From Christensenellaceae bacterium Phil1 (GTDB lineage Bacteria > Bacillota > Clostridia > Christensenellales > CAG-138), in assembly GCA_001940855.1 (NCBI GenBank), contig MSGS01000031.1, forward strand, positions 86,867-150,866: DNA of 64,000 nucleotides, given 5' to 3'. A model generated the notes under the pieces. It saw only the letters and a list, made by a program, of their open reading frames with translations, searched no databases and was not told where the DNA came from. How positions within the stretch are numbered: position 1 is the stretch's first letter; every line of letters starts with the position of its first letter. Shown here piece after piece: positions 12,016-22,812 of the stretch. A program made the position numbers and the translations under genes.

Positions 12016-12240
12016 TCGAAATTGTTATTTTTTGCGCAAATTTTATGCGCCTTTATGACTATAGAACAAAGTTAACAAAATGTCAATGAAATTGTTGATA
12101 TTATTCAAACAAATGATGATAATATGTCAAAATCATATGCCTCCTTATGTTTATGTATATATGCTTAATTCCGTGATATATTCATAATTATATGATATAA
12201 TTAAACCTTAAGAAGTGTAAGAAAGGGCGGTAAAGCGGCA

Positions 12241-14508
12241 ATGTATGCAAAGGTAATGGTGGATGTTGCGCACAGCAATGTGGACAGGCTGTTTACATAT
12301 GAAGTACCGAATGATCTGGCCGTGACCGCCGGGCAAAGGGTGCTTATACCGTTTGGCGGGAGCAACCGCAGCATAGAAGGCTTTGTGCTTGAATTGAGTG
12401 AAAATGCGCCCGAGAATATCGGCACTATAAAGCGGATAGTTCGCGCCATGGAGCCGTATCCCGCGCTTACGGCTGAGCAGATAGAGCTTGCCAAGTGGAT
12501 AAGCAAAAGCTACCATTGCCTGCTTGTTGAGGCGCTGCGGCTCATGATACCGGCGCAACTTAGGGGAGGCAGGGTTAAGGAAAAGACCGAGCGCATAGTG
12601 CGCATAAACGCGGATATAGACCCCCAGCAGGTGTTCGATTCGCTGAAAAGCAGCAGCGGTGTTTCACGCGCGCCTAAACAGAGCGAGGTGCTGGAGCTTT
12701 TATGCCGAATGAACACCGCTGTAAGTGTTGCGGACATAAACGCGTTCATACCAAACGCAACGGCGGCTGTAAACGCGTTGATAAAAAAGGGCATACTGAC
12801 GGACGATGATTTTGTAGTTTATCGCAATCCGTTTGCAAGCGTAAACATAGCGCCAAGCAAGCCGCTTGAGCTTACGGCAGATCAGCAAGCCGCGCTTGAA
12901 GCGATAAATAAAAGCATAGACGGTGGATCGGGTACCAGCCTTCTGTTCGGCGTTACGGGCAGCGGAAAGACTGAAGTATATATGCAGGCCATAAGCCATG
13001 CCCTGTCGTTGGGTGGGCAGGCGATAGTGCTTGTGCCGGAAATATCGCTCACGCCGCAGGCAATGCAGCGCTTCCGCAGCCGCTTCGGGGAGCGCGTCGC
13101 CGTGCTGCACAGCCGCCTGTCCTATGGCGAACGGTATGATGAATGGCGCAGGATACGCCTTGGCATGGTTGATGTTGTAATAGGCGCGCGCAGCGCCGTG
13201 TTTGCCCCGCTTGAAAGGGTAAAGCTGATTGTAATAGATGAAGAACATGAGCAAAGCTACCATAGCGACCATACCCCGCGTTATGGCGCGACAGAGGTGG
13301 CGCAGAAGCGCGCTGAGCTGAGCGGGGCTGCTGTTGTGCTGGGCAGCGCAACGCCGTCCGTAGGCACGTTCAGGCGGGCGCTCAGCGGGCGGTATTCGCT
13401 GATAGAGCTTCCTAACCGCGTGAACAACGCCCCTTTGCCGAAGGTAAAAATAGTGGATATGCGCGCGGAGTTTTTGAAGGGCAACAGCAGCGTGTTCAGC
13501 GAAGCGCTGTACGGCGAACTGAAGCGCTGCTTTGACGCGGGAGAGCAGGCAATTTTATTTATGAACCGCCGCGGATATTCAACGTTTGTATCCTGCCGCG
13601 GGTGTGGATATACGCTCAAATGCCCCGATTGCGATGTATCCATGACATATCACAAATACGAAAACGTTATGAAATGCCATTACTGCGGCCGCACGGCAAG
13701 AATACCGGCAAAATGCCCGCAGTGCGGCAAGCCGTATCTTAAATACTTCGGCGTTGGTACGCAGCAGGTGGAGGAGCAGCTCAAGGAGCAGTTCCCAGGC
13801 GTTACCGCGCTTAGGATGGATTACGACACTACGCAGGGCAAGGACGCGCATTATAAAATACTTGATAGGTTTATGCGCGGCGAAGCGCAGGCGCTGATAG
13901 GCACGCAGATGATAGCCAAGGGGCTGGATATACCCAACGTTACAACGGTTGGCGTAATTGCGGCGGATACAATGCTGCATGTGCCGGATTACAGGAGCGC
14001 GGAGCGTACGTTCCAGCTGCTTACGCAGGTGGCGGGCCGCGCGGGCCGCGGGGAGAGAGAGGGCAGCGTTATCGTGCAAAGCTACACGCCTGAGCACGCT
14101 GTTATAGAGCTTGCGGCCAATCAGGATTACCGTGGCTTTTATGATTATGAGATAGCATCGCGCCGGGCGGGGCTGTTTCCGCCGTTCTCGCTGTTTATAA
14201 GAATAGTGTTTACGGGAGAGAACGAGGCCGCTATAGACGACATGAACGAGCGCTTTGCGGCGGAAATGAAGCAGCGCATATATACCGCGCTTGATGCTCA
14301 GGGCGCAAGCCGACAGGAGCTGCTTTTCATGGTGGCGTCGCCAGCGCCGATGAAAAAACGGCAGGGGCTGTTCCGGTACGAAACGCTGATGAAGCTGGTG
14401 CGCACAAAGCATACCGCGGCGGTTATAGACGCAATATATACCCTGTGCGACGAACGCCGGCGCAGCGAGATGGGAAACGTGGAGATAAATCCGGCGGATA
14501 TGTTCTAA
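12241..14508 (+). CDS. priA: Primosomal replication-restart helicase PriA
   Basis: Walker A GVTGSGKTEVY, DEEH box, and Cys-rich zinc motif CRGCGY..CPDCD....C.YCG....CP.CG. Confidence 0.95.
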   Translation: MYAKVMVDVAHSNVDRLFTYEVPNDLAVTAGQRVLIPFGGSNRSIEGFVLELSENAPENIGTIKRIVRAMEPYPALTAEQIELAKWISKSYHCLLVEALRLMIPAQLRGGRVKEKTERIVRINADIDPQQVFDSLKSSSGVSRAPKQSEVLELLCRMNTAVSVADINAFIPNATAAVNALIKKGILTDDDFVVYRNPFASVNIAPSKPLELTADQQAALEAINKSIDGGSGTSLLFGVTGSGKTEVYMQAISHALSLGGQAIVLVPEISLTPQAMQRFRSRFGERVAVLHSRLSYGERYDEWRRIRLGMVDVVIGARSAVFAPLERVKLIVIDEEHEQSYHSDHTPRYGATEVAQKRAELSGAAVVLGSATPSVGTFRRALSGRYSLIELPNRVNNAPLPKVKIVDMRAEFLKGNSSVFSEALYGELKRCFDAGEQAILFMNRRGYSTFVSCRGCGYTLKCPDCDVSMTYHKYENVMKCHYCGRTARIPAKCPQCGKPYLKYFGVGTQQVEEQLKEQFPGVTALRMDYDTTQGKDAHYKILDRFMRGEAQALIGTQMIAKGLDIPNVTTVGVIAADTMLHVPDYRSAERTFQLLTQVAGRAGRGEREGSVIVQSYTPEHAVIELAANQDYRGFYDYEIASRRAGLFPPFSLFIRIVFTGENEAAIDDMNERFAAEMKQRIYTALDAQGASRQELLFMVASPAPMKKRQGLFRYETLMKLVRTKHTAAVIDAIYTLCDERRRSEMGNVEINPADMF

Positions 14509-14569
14509 GTATTGATTCTTGGGGCTTTTGCGGGTTATAATATTTTGATGCAATTGTGGAGGAGAATAT

Positions 14570-15046
14570 ATGGCTAAAAGACGAATCATGACCGGCGATG
14601 CAGAATGTTTGTACAAGGTTTGCCGGAAGGTGGATAATTTTGACAAGCGTTTGGCCGTTTTGCTTGACGATATGGCGGAAACTATGTACGACGCCGAAGG
14701 CGTTGGCCTTGCCGCGCCGCAGGTCGGCATACTTAAGCGCGCCGTGGTTATAGACTGCGGCGACGGCCTTGTGGAACTCGTAAACCCGGAAATATTGGAA
14801 ACAAGCGGAGAGCAGGGCGGCTACGAAGGCTGCCTGTCCTTCCCGGGCGAAAGCGGCTATGTTGTCAGGCCCAACCATGTGCGCGTTCGCGCAATGAACC
14901 GCTTCGGTGAAGAATGCGAATATGAAGGGGAGGGCCTTTTTGCCCGCGCCATACTGCACGAGACGGATCATCTTAACGGCCTTGTATATAAGCGCCTTGT
15001 TACCGAAGCGCCCGAAGGATACGACGAAAACGAGGAAGATGAATGA
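14570..15046 (+). CDS. def: Peptide deformylase
   Basis: GVGLAAPQVG, EGCLSFPG and HETDHLNG are the three Def motifs. Confidence 0.95.
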   Translation: MAKRRIMTGDAECLYKVCRKVDNFDKRLAVLLDDMAETMYDAEGVGLAAPQVGILKRAVVIDCGDGLVELVNPEILETSGEQGGYEGCLSFPGESGYVVRPNHVRVRAMNRFGEECEYEGEGLFARAILHETDHLNGLVYKRLVTEAPEGYDENEEDE

Positions 15047-15972
15047 AAATAGCTTTTTTAGGCACGCCTGATTTTGCGCTGCCTTCGCTGAAAATGCTGC
15101 ATGAGCGCGGGGACGATGTGGCCGTGTTCACACAGCCGGACAAGCCCGTTGGGCGCAAGGCGGTAATGACCCCGCCGCCGGTAAAAAAGGCCGCGTTAGA
15201 ATACGGTATGAAGGTTTATCAGTTCGATAAGATAAAAAGCGAAGAAGGTGTTGCTGCGCTGAAGGCTGAAGCGCCGGAGCTAATGGTAACGGCAGCCTTT
15301 GGGCAGATACTCAGCCGCGAAAATCTTGCCGTGCCTAAGTACGGCTGCATAAATGTGCACGGCAGTCTGCTGCCCAAATACCGCGGAGCCGCGCCGATAC
15401 AATGGGCTGTGATAAACGGCGAAAAGATAACCGGCGTTACCACCATGCTTACGGATATTGGGCTGGATACGGGCGACATTTTGCTGAAGAAAGAAACTGA
15501 AATAGGTGAAAACGAGACTGCCGGAGAATTGTTCGACCGATTGGCCGAAATGGGCGCGGAACTGCTGAAAGAAACCATAGAAGCGCTTGAACGCGGCGAG
15601 CTGAAGCCGATAAAGCAGAACGAGGCGGAGGCAACCAAGTGCGGCATGATAAAAAAGGAATACGGGCATATAGATTTTTCGCGCGGCAAGGAGGCTGTGC
15701 ATAATCTGGTGCGCGGCATGAATCCGTGGCCTTGCGCGTATGCAATGCTTGAGGGCGAAGCGGTAAAAATATGGAAAACGCGCCATAGCGACGCGGAGCC
15801 GAGCCGCGGAGAGCCGGGACTTATACTGCGCGCGGACAGATTTAACGGCATACTTGTGGACTGCGGGGACGGCGTGATAGAAATACTTGAACTTCAGTTC
15901 CCCGGTGCCAAGCGCATGGATGCGGCAAACGCGGTGCTTGGGCACAAGATGGGCTTTAAGGTGTTTGAGTGA
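15043..15972 (+). CDS. fmt: Methionyl-tRNA formyltransferase
   Basis: MKIAFLGTPDFA..., NVHGSLLPKYRGAAPIQWA. Overlaps def by 4 nt. Confidence 0.95.
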   Translation: MKIAFLGTPDFALPSLKMLHERGDDVAVFTQPDKPVGRKAVMTPPPVKKAALEYGMKVYQFDKIKSEEGVAALKAEAPELMVTAAFGQILSRENLAVPKYGCINVHGSLLPKYRGAAPIQWAVINGEKITGVTTMLTDIGLDTGDILLKKETEIGENETAGELFDRLAEMGAELLKETIEALERGELKPIKQNEAEATKCGMIKKEYGHIDFSRGKEAVHNLVRGMNPWPCAYAMLEGEAVKIWKTRHSDAEPSRGEPGLILRADRFNGILVDCGDGVIEILELQFPGAKRMDAANAVLGHKMGFKVFE

Positions 15973-17270
15973 GCACGCGGCGCATTGCGCTGAATGCGCT
16001 TTCAGACATAATCGATAACGGCGCGTATGCCAATCTGTGCCTTAAGCGGGCGGAGCAGGGGCTGAGCGAGCGGGATGCGAAGTGGGTTTCCGCTGCGGTG
16101 TACTGCACGCTGGACCATCTTATGATGATAGACAGAATAATTGCTTCCCACGCTAAAGGTAGGCTGGATAAGACCATACGCAACATACTGCGCCTTGGCG
16201 TTTGCCAGGCAAAATATATGAACGTGCCGGACAGCGCGGCATGCAACGAATCCGTGCGCCTAACCAAGGAAGTGGGCAAGGGCGCGCTTTCGGGCTACGT
16301 TAACGGCGTTATGCGCTCCGTTTGCAGGGATGCCGAATTGCCGCCGCTCCCCGATGAACCGGCTGAGCGGCTGAGCGTTGAATATAGCTGGCCAAAGTGG
16401 CTTGCGGATGAACTTGTTGCCGATTACGGCATAGCTGAAGCAGAGGGTATAATGGCGCAGCAGACGCATGATTTCTGCATACGGGCGCAGTGGCCATATA
16501 CCGCGGATGAACTTGCCTGCGCGCTTACTGCCAAAGGAATAGGCTTTAGGCGCGGCAAAATAGATCCAAACGCATTCTGCCTTGAAAACGGCTTTAATGT
16601 TGAAAAGGAGCCGTTGTTTACGGACGGTAAAATAACCGTGCAGAGCGAAAGCGCTATGCTTGTCTGCCGCGCTATTGAGCCTAAGGCTGGAATGAGAATA
16701 CTGGACGCATGCTGTGCGCCAGGCGGGAAAACGGCATACATGGCGTCGCTTGCGGAAAACGGATGCAGCATTACGGGATTTGAACTGCATGAGCATAGGC
16801 GTGAACTTACGCTGAATACGCTCAAAAGGCTGCATGTTGAAAGCATCGAAATAGTGCAAAAGGATGCATCGGTATACGATGAAGTGTACTGCGGCGCGTT
16901 TGACGCGGTACTTGTCGATGCGCCGTGCTCCGGTCTCGGCGTGCGTGGTAAGCCCGATGTTCGCTACGCCAAAACGAGCGGAATGATAGATGCGCTTAGC
17001 GAATTGCAGCTGAAAATACTCAATACATGCGCGCGCTATGTTAAAATCGGCGGCACGCTTGTGTATTCAACGTGCACGGTGTCCCGGCGCGAAAACATTG
17101 GCGTATGGGAGCAGTTTCTTGTCGAAAATTGCAACTATGCTCCGGGCAATATGGAAAATATATTGCCCCATGATATGCAAAGCCGCGCAGAGGGCGGGCG
17201 GATACAGCTGCTGCCGCAGCATGACGGAACGGAAGGCTTTTTTATAGCCAAATTTATACGCAGGAGATAA
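15969..17270 (+). CDS. rsmB: 16S rRNA (cytosine967-C5)-methyltransferase RsmB
   Basis: NusB-like N-domain plus DACCAPGGKT and DAPCSGLGV...STCT motifs. Confidence 0.9.
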   Translation: MSTRRIALNALSDIIDNGAYANLCLKRAEQGLSERDAKWVSAAVYCTLDHLMMIDRIIASHAKGRLDKTIRNILRLGVCQAKYMNVPDSAACNESVRLTKEVGKGALSGYVNGVMRSVCRDAELPPLPDEPAERLSVEYSWPKWLADELVADYGIAEAEGIMAQQTHDFCIRAQWPYTADELACALTAKGIGFRRGKIDPNAFCLENGFNVEKEPLFTDGKITVQSESAMLVCRAIEPKAGMRILDACCAPGGKTAYMASLAENGCSITGFELHEHRRELTLNTLKRLHVESIEIVQKDASVYDEVYCGAFDAVLVDAPCSGLGVRGKPDVRYAKTSGMIDALSELQLKILNTCARYVKIGGTLVYSTCTVSRRENIGVWEQFLVENCNYAPGNMENILPHDMQSRAEGGRIQLLPQHDGTEGFFIAKFIRRR

Positions 17271-18325
17271 TGATGACGGGGCTTGTTTCAATGGACACGG
17301 CGGAGCTTGAAGCGCTGCTGAAAGAATGGGGCGAACCGCGCTTCCGCGCGAAGCAGGTTTTTTCATGGCTCAGCCGCGGCGTAAAGCCCGAAAACATGAC
17401 CAATCTGCCGAAAACGTTAAGGAGCAGGCTGAGCGAGCTTGCGTTTGACGGGGCGGAAATATACGATAAGTTCATATCTCAAAAGGACGGTACCATAAAA
17501 TACCTGTTTTCGCTAAGCGACGGAAACATTGTTGAAGGCGTGCTTATGCGCTATCATTACGGCAATACGCTTTGCATATCAACACAGGTTGGCTGCCGCA
17601 TGGGCTGCGCGTTTTGCGCATCCACGCTTGAAGGCTGCATAAGGAACCTTACCCCTGGCGAGATGCTTTTGTTTGTTGCGCTTGCCAATGCCGATGTTCC
17701 CGCAGAGGAAGGCAGAGACAGAAGTGTAACGAACATAGTGCTTATGGGCAGCGGCGAACCGCTTGATAATTACGATAATACGGTCAAATTCCTAAAGCTT
17801 GTTTCCTCACCTGACGGCATGGGCATAAGCCCAAGGAATATTTCGCTTTCAAGCTGCGGCCTTGTGCCAAGGATAGATACTTTGCCGCAGGATGCGCCGC
17901 ACGTTACGCTTTCTGTATCGCTCCATGCGCCCAATGATGAAATACGCAATAAACTGATGCCTATAAATAAGGCATATCCGATCGCCGAGGTACTTGCTGC
18001 GGCAAGGCGATATGCTCAAACAACGGGTCGGCGTGTTGTGTTTGAATACGCGCTGGTAAAAGGGCTTAACGATTCGCAGGCGAATGCCAACGAATTGGCG
18101 GCCCGCCTCAGGGGGATGACATGCCATGTGAATCTTATTCCGCTTAACCCCGTAAAGGAGCGCAACCTTTTAGGCACCAGTCGAAAGGAAGCGGAAGTGT
18201 TCAGAAAATGGCTTGAGGATAGAGGAATATCCGCAACCGTAAGGCGTGAAATGGGAACCGATATAGACGGCGCCTGCGGTCAGCTTAGGCGGCGCGTGCT
18301 TATGCAAAGGGAGGAGCAACAATGA
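17270..18325 (+). CDS. rlmN: 23S rRNA/tRNA (adenine-C2)-methyltransferase RlmN
   Basis: FRAKQVFSW..., radical-SAM CRMGCAFCAS, and MGSGEPLDN. Confidence 0.95.
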   Translation: MMTGLVSMDTAELEALLKEWGEPRFRAKQVFSWLSRGVKPENMTNLPKTLRSRLSELAFDGAEIYDKFISQKDGTIKYLFSLSDGNIVEGVLMRYHYGNTLCISTQVGCRMGCAFCASTLEGCIRNLTPGEMLLFVALANADVPAEEGRDRSVTNIVLMGSGEPLDNYDNTVKFLKLVSSPDGMGISPRNISLSSCGLVPRIDTLPQDAPHVTLSVSLHAPNDEIRNKLMPINKAYPIAEVLAAARRYAQTTGRRVVFEYALVKGLNDSQANANELAARLRGMTCHVNLIPLNPVKERNLLGTSRKEAEVFRKWLEDRGISATVRREMGTDIDGACGQLRRRVLMQREEQQ

Positions 18326-19053
18326 AATATGCTGCAAAGACCATTACCGGTATAAGAAAGCAAAATCAGGACGCCGTTTTTATACCCGAAAGGGGCATGA
18401 TAGCCATCGCTGCCGTTGCGGACGGGATGGGCGGCCATAATGCGGGCGATATTGCAAGCGCGCTTGCAATAAAAACGCTGGTGGAGAATATGCATAAAAA
18501 CGCGCCCGGAACTATTCGGGAGCGGCTTATAAACGCGGTGAACATGGCCAATTCAGCCGTGTATGAACTATCCTTCAGCGATGAAGGATACCGCGGCATG
18601 GGTACGACGCTTGTGGCTGCGGTGCTGGAAGAAAAGCGTTTTATCGCGGCAAATGTTGGCGACAGCAGGCTCTATCATTATGATGGGCTGCATCTTAAGC
18701 AAATAACTGAAGATCATTCGTATGTTGCCCAGCTTGCGGCGCTTGGCTATATCACGCGGGAGGAAGCCGCGCGCCATCCTCAGCGCAATATTATAACCCG
18801 CGCTGTAGGCACACGTCCAATTGAGCGGGTGGATGTGTTTGAATGCGCATGGGAAAAGGGAGATAAGCTGCTCATATGTACGGATGGGCTTTACGGTGAA
18901 CTGAGTGAAGATGAACTGGCGGACGCACTCGGCCGGTCGGCTGAAGAATTGCAAACAGCGTGCGATGCGCTTGTCGAACGCGCGCTGAAAGCCGGCAGTC
19001 GGGACAATATAAGCGCCGTAATAATATATAACGATGGGGAGAATGCCGAATGA
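18322..19053 (+). CDS. PP2C-family Ser/Thr phosphatase (Stp/PrpC)
   Basis: RKQNQDA...VADGMGGHNAG...GDSRLY...TDGL...DNISAV are PP2C motifs. Translationally coupled to the kinase gene. Confidence 0.9.
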   Translation: MKYAAKTITGIRKQNQDAVFIPERGMIAIAAVADGMGGHNAGDIASALAIKTLVENMHKNAPGTIRERLINAVNMANSAVYELSFSDEGYRGMGTTLVAAVLEEKRFIAANVGDSRLYHYDGLHLKQITEDHSYVAQLAALGYITREEAARHPQRNIITRAVGTRPIERVDVFECAWEKGDKLLICTDGLYGELSEDELADALGRSAEELQTACDALVERALKAGSRDNISAVIIYNDGENAE

Positions 19054-20903
19054 TAGGAAGAGTAATTTCCGGAAGGTATACGGTAGAATCCCTTATAGGC
19101 TCCGGCGGAATGGCGAACGTGTATAAAGCGCATGACAACATGCTCAACCGCACGGTCGCGCTTAAAGTATTAAAGGAAGAACACCGCGGGGACATGGAGT
19201 TCGTGCGCCGCTTCGAGCGCGAAGCGCGCGCCGTGCTCAGCCTTTCGCATGAAAATATTGTCCGCTCCTATGCCGTTGGCGAGGATGGGGATATAAGCTA
19301 TATAGTGCTGGAATACGTTGAAGGCAGCACATTGAAAGAATTGATAAAGAGCGACGGGCCAATGTCTCCCAAGGTTGCCGTAAATATAATGTGTCAGGTG
19401 CTAGATGCGCTATCCCATGCGCACCAGAAGGGAATAATACACCGCGACGTTAAGCCTCAGAACGTTATAATCACCCCGCGCGGCAGGGCGAAGCTGACCG
19501 ATTTTGGCATAGCGAGGGACGTTGCGGCCACCACGCGCACGTTCACCGGATCGAACGTCGTTATGGGGTCGGTGCATTATATTTCTCCGGAGCAGGCAAG
19601 GGGAGAGGATGTCACCGCCGCATCGGACATTTATTCGTGCGCAATAATGCTTTATGAAATGCTTACAGGGCAGGTGCCGTTCGGTGGGGATAACTCCGTG
19701 GCTATTGCTCTTAAACATTTGCAGGAGGATATAACGCCGCCGTCGGAACTCAATCCAAGGGTTCCGCGCGCGCTGAGCGACGTTGTGGTGAAGGCCGCCG
19801 GCAAGGAACCGAGCCAGCGCTATCCTTCCGCAAGGCAGATGAAGTACGATCTTCTTAGGGCGCTGCGCGAGCCGCACGGCAAGTTTGCCCGCATATATAA
19901 CCATGATGAGCACGGCAAACACCGCATGAATCACGGCGTGATGAATATTGTGGTTATGCTCATTGTAGTGCTTGGGCTTTTCACGGCGCTATTTTTCATT
20001 GCAAGATCAGTACGTGAAGACAAGGGCTTCACGGCAGCCACGGAATACATAATTCCTACCGTTACCAACAAAAAGCTTGAGGAAGCCATAGGTATAGCGC
20101 AGCTTAGAGGCTTTGAAATATCGGTTGATGAATATAAGCCGAGCGATATAGACGAAGGCACCGTGCTGGAGCAGTCCCCTGCCGCGGGAACAAACGCCAA
20201 GCAGGGCGATACGATAAGCGTTACCGTAAGCTCGGGCAGCGATTATGTTACCGTTCCGGAGCTTATTGGAAGAACGCTGCAGGACGCTACGGACCTCGTA
20301 TGGGGCATGGATCTCCAGCTTGGCGTTCCGCAGTATGTTACGAGCGATCTGCCGTATGGCCAAATAGTCAGGCAGGAGCCCGTTGCGGGCACAAGCACGT
20401 TCGCCGGGGATAAAATAGAAATATGGATAAGCGGTACGCCCGGCAAAGCTACACAGATGCCAAACGTTATGGAGCTTGATCTCAGCAAAGCGATAGCGCT
20501 GCTCAGGGAAGAAGGCTTCAAGCAAATACGCATACGCACCGTGCAGCCGGACAGCCAGATAGCGGCCGAAGAATCTGTCGTTGCGCAGAATCCGTCCCCG
20601 AACATATCCGTTGCGGCGGATGCGGCGGTGGAATTGAGCGTTTGCCGGTCTCAGCTTGGCAATTACGCTGCGGATGTTGCCTTCAATTTGGATATTGCGG
20701 CAGGACCCGGCGTCGTAACAGTAACAGCAAAGCTTGAAGATGGGCTTGAGCTGGTGATATATGAAACCACGCTGCCCGTAGGTTCGCAGCAGAGTGTTTC
20801 ATTCACCGCGTATTTGCAAAAGGCCGGCCAATACGAATGCACCGTATATGTGGATGGCGTGGTCGTAAGGAGCGGGCAGATAGGCTTTGAATACAGGAGA
20901 TAA
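19050..20903 (+). CDS. prkC: Ser/Thr protein kinase PrkC with TM segment and three PASTA repeats
   Basis: Hanks kinase motifs (GSGGMANVYKA, HRDVKPQN, DFGIA, SPEQ). One TM segment (VVMLIVVLGLFTALFFIA). Three PASTA-like repeats and a C-terminal Ig-like domain. Confidence 0.92.
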   Translation: MIGRVISGRYTVESLIGSGGMANVYKAHDNMLNRTVALKVLKEEHRGDMEFVRRFEREARAVLSLSHENIVRSYAVGEDGDISYIVLEYVEGSTLKELIKSDGPMSPKVAVNIMCQVLDALSHAHQKGIIHRDVKPQNVIITPRGRAKLTDFGIARDVAATTRTFTGSNVVMGSVHYISPEQARGEDVTAASDIYSCAIMLYEMLTGQVPFGGDNSVAIALKHLQEDITPPSELNPRVPRALSDVVVKAAGKEPSQRYPSARQMKYDLLRALREPHGKFARIYNHDEHGKHRMNHGVMNIVVMLIVVLGLFTALFFIARSVREDKGFTAATEYIIPTVTNKKLEEAIGIAQLRGFEISVDEYKPSDIDEGTVLEQSPAAGTNAKQGDTISVTVSSGSDYVTVPELIGRTLQDATDLVWGMDLQLGVPQYVTSDLPYGQIVRQEPVAGTSTFAGDKIEIWISGTPGKATQMPNVMELDLSKAIALLREEGFKQIRIRTVQPDSQIAAEESVVAQNPSPNISVAADAAVELSVCRSQLGNYAADVAFNLDIAAGPGVVTVTAKLEDGLELVIYETTLPVGSQQSVSFTAYLQKAGQYECTVYVDGVVVRSGQIGFEYRR

Positions 20904-20906
20904 TGC

Positions 20907-21785
20907 ATGGCTGATACAGGGCTGATATTAAAGGGCGTAGGCGGCTTCTATACCGTGCTTAGCGATAACGGCACGGAAATAGTATGCCGCGCACGCGGAA
21001 GGTTCAGGAAGGATGGTATAACGCCCGTGGTGGGCGATAGGGTTGAATATGTTGAGGACGGCGAGGGCCGCTCGGTCAGTAAGATACTGCCGCGGCGCAA
21101 TATATTTATTCGCCCTGCCGTGGCCAATTTGGATAAGCTTATAATAGTCGCCTCGCTTTCCGCGCCGAAGCCCGACCTTATGCTGATGGATAAGCTTATT
21201 ATTCGCTGCGAAAAGCATAATGTTGAGCCGGTGATAGTGTTGAACAAATGCGATCAGGCTGATGCGGATGCGGCGGATGATATTCGCGCGCAGTATGCAC
21301 CGGCGGGGTATACCATCATTATCGCATCGGCCGCCAAAGGGGACGGCGTGGACGCTATAAAAGCTGAGATAGCGGGGAACATATGCTGCTTTGCGGGGCA
21401 GAGCGCCGTGGGCAAATCCTCGCTTATAAACGCCATTGTGCCGGAACTTGCGCTTGAAACGGGCGGGCTGTCCAGAAAAACAGACAGAGGACGGCATACC
21501 ACGCGCCATGCGCAGCTTTGGCATGTATGCGGCGGGGCGGTGCTGGATACGCCCGGGTTCAGCTTGCTTGAAGCGGACGAGATGGAGCCGAAGGAGCTTT
21601 GCGAATGCTATCGCGAAATGCGCGGCAAACGCATAGGCTGCCGCTTTGGCGAATGTTTGCACCGCAGCGAGCCGGACTGCGCCGTTAAACCGCTTATAGG
21701 CACTGCGCTGTCGCCGGAGCGATATGAAAGATACCTTATAATACTTGATGAATTGATAGAAAAGAGGAAACACAAATATGATTAA
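20907..21785 (+). CDS. rsgA: Ribosome small-subunit-dependent GTPase RsgA
   Basis: OB-fold N-terminus, circularly permuted GTPase (LNKCD...GQSAVGKSSL...DTPG), and a C-terminal zinc knuckle C..C.H..EP.C. Confidence 0.92.
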   Translation: MADTGLILKGVGGFYTVLSDNGTEIVCRARGRFRKDGITPVVGDRVEYVEDGEGRSVSKILPRRNIFIRPAVANLDKLIIVASLSAPKPDLMLMDKLIIRCEKHNVEPVIVLNKCDQADADAADDIRAQYAPAGYTIIIASAAKGDGVDAIKAEIAGNICCFAGQSAVGKSSLINAIVPELALETGGLSRKTDRGRHTTRHAQLWHVCGGAVLDTPGFSLLEADEMEPKELCECYREMRGKRIGCRFGECLHRSEPDCAVKPLIGTALSPERYERYLIILDELIEKRKHKYD

Positions 21786-22431
21786 GATCGCCCCCAGCCT
21801 GCTCTCTGCCGATTTTGCGAACATGGGAGGAGCCACAAGAAAGCTTGGCGAATGGAATGCAGACCTTGTGCATTTCGACGTAATGGACGGCACGTTCGTG
21901 TCCACGATAACGTTTGGGCCGGCCATGTGCGCCGCCATACGCCCGTATACAGAGCTGCCTATAGATGTGCATATAATGGTGGAGCATCCGGAAACATATA
22001 TAGACCAGTTTGCCAAGGCGGGCGCAGACTATCTTACGTTCCATGCAGAGGCCGATGCACATGCGCACAGAACGCTTCAGGCAATACGCCGCGCGGGCAT
22101 GAAGGCCGGCGTTGCAATTAATCCCGGCACGCCTGTTGAGATGGTGCAGTATCTTTTGTCCATATGTGATTTGGTGCTGGTTATGAGTGTTAATCCGGGC
22201 GCTGGCGGGCAGAGCTTTATTGCGGAAGTACTGCCGAAAATAGAGTGGCTTAAAAAGCAGCGTGAAGCACACGGCTATACATATGAGATAGAGATAGACG
22301 GCGGCATAAATGCGGACACTGCGAAGCTTGCTGCCAAGGCGGGCGCGGACATACTGGTATCCGGAAGCAGCGTATTCAAGGCGAGTGATCCAAAGGACAT
22401 GATCGCGCGGATGCACCGAGCCGAAAACTGA
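21778..22431 (+). CDS. rpe: Ribulose-phosphate 3-epimerase
   Basis: IAPSLLSADF...HFDVMDG.FV...VMSVNPG.GGQ.F are Rpe signatures. Confidence 0.95.
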   Translation: MIKIAPSLLSADFANMGGATRKLGEWNADLVHFDVMDGTFVSTITFGPAMCAAIRPYTELPIDVHIMVEHPETYIDQFAKAGADYLTFHAEADAHAHRTLQAIRRAGMKAGVAINPGTPVEMVQYLLSICDLVLVMSVNPGAGGQSFIAEVLPKIEWLKKQREAHGYTYEIEIDGGINADTAKLAAKAGADILVSGSSVFKASDPKDMIARMHRAEN

Positions 22432-22502
22432 TTTTAGAAAAATTTTTATTAGCCGGCGTGGGGATAAAACGGCATTTGTCCCCACGCGCGCAAAAATAAT
22501 GC

Positions 22503-22530
22503 TTGCAATAAGTCGGCTTTTATGTATAAT
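22503..22530 (+). promoter_or_regulatory. SigmaA-type promoter of the tRNA-Val / structured RNA / tRNA-Gln unit
   Basis: TTGCAA (22503-08), a 16-nt spacer, then TATAAT (22525-30). It lies about 20 nt upstream of the mature tRNA-Val 5' end. Confidence 0.6.
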
Positions 22531-22550
22531 AATATGTGCGTCAAGCGAAC

Positions 22551-22627
22551 GGGGTTATAGCTCAGCTGGTCAGAGCGCTACGTTGACATCGTAGAGGTCG
22601 TTGGTTCGATCCCAACTAATCCCACCA
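22551..22627 (+). tRNA. tRNA-Val (anticodon GAC)
   Basis: Manual cloverleaf: acceptor GGGGTTA/TAATCCC, D-arm GCTC..GAGC, anticodon arm CTACG-TTGACAT-CGTAG, T-arm GTTGG-TTCGATC-CCAAC, encoded CCA. Confidence 0.92.
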
Positions 22628-22628
22628 C

Positions 22629-22803
22629 AATAATCCTGCGGTGTGCGTAAGTTCCTGTGTATAAACCCACAGAGTAACTACGGGAGCGCAATTGCCGAGG
22701 CGGATGTCGAGCCGGCCTGACCGGATGGCAGCAAACCAACAGAGCGCACCCACCTGCCGAGAGGCGGGTGTTATATAGGGAGCGACGGCATCTTGGGATT
22801 ATC
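22629..22803 (+). ncRNA. Unassigned structured RNA embedded between two tRNAs (6S-RNA-like rod with central bubble; identity not established)
   Basis: A GC-rich spacer closed by a terminal helix ATAATCC(22630-36)/GGATTAT(22796-802). A long imperfect helix pairs 22652-68 with 22768-83. GGGAGCGC (22682-89) pairs with GCGCACCC (22744-51). Between these helices are unpaired 13-14-nt strands. An alternative GNRA hairpin is CACCTGCC-GAGA-GGCGGGTG (22751-70). No credible ORF. No promoter or terminator between the flanking tRNAs. Confidence 0.45.
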
Positions 22804-22812
22804 AAGCTTCAA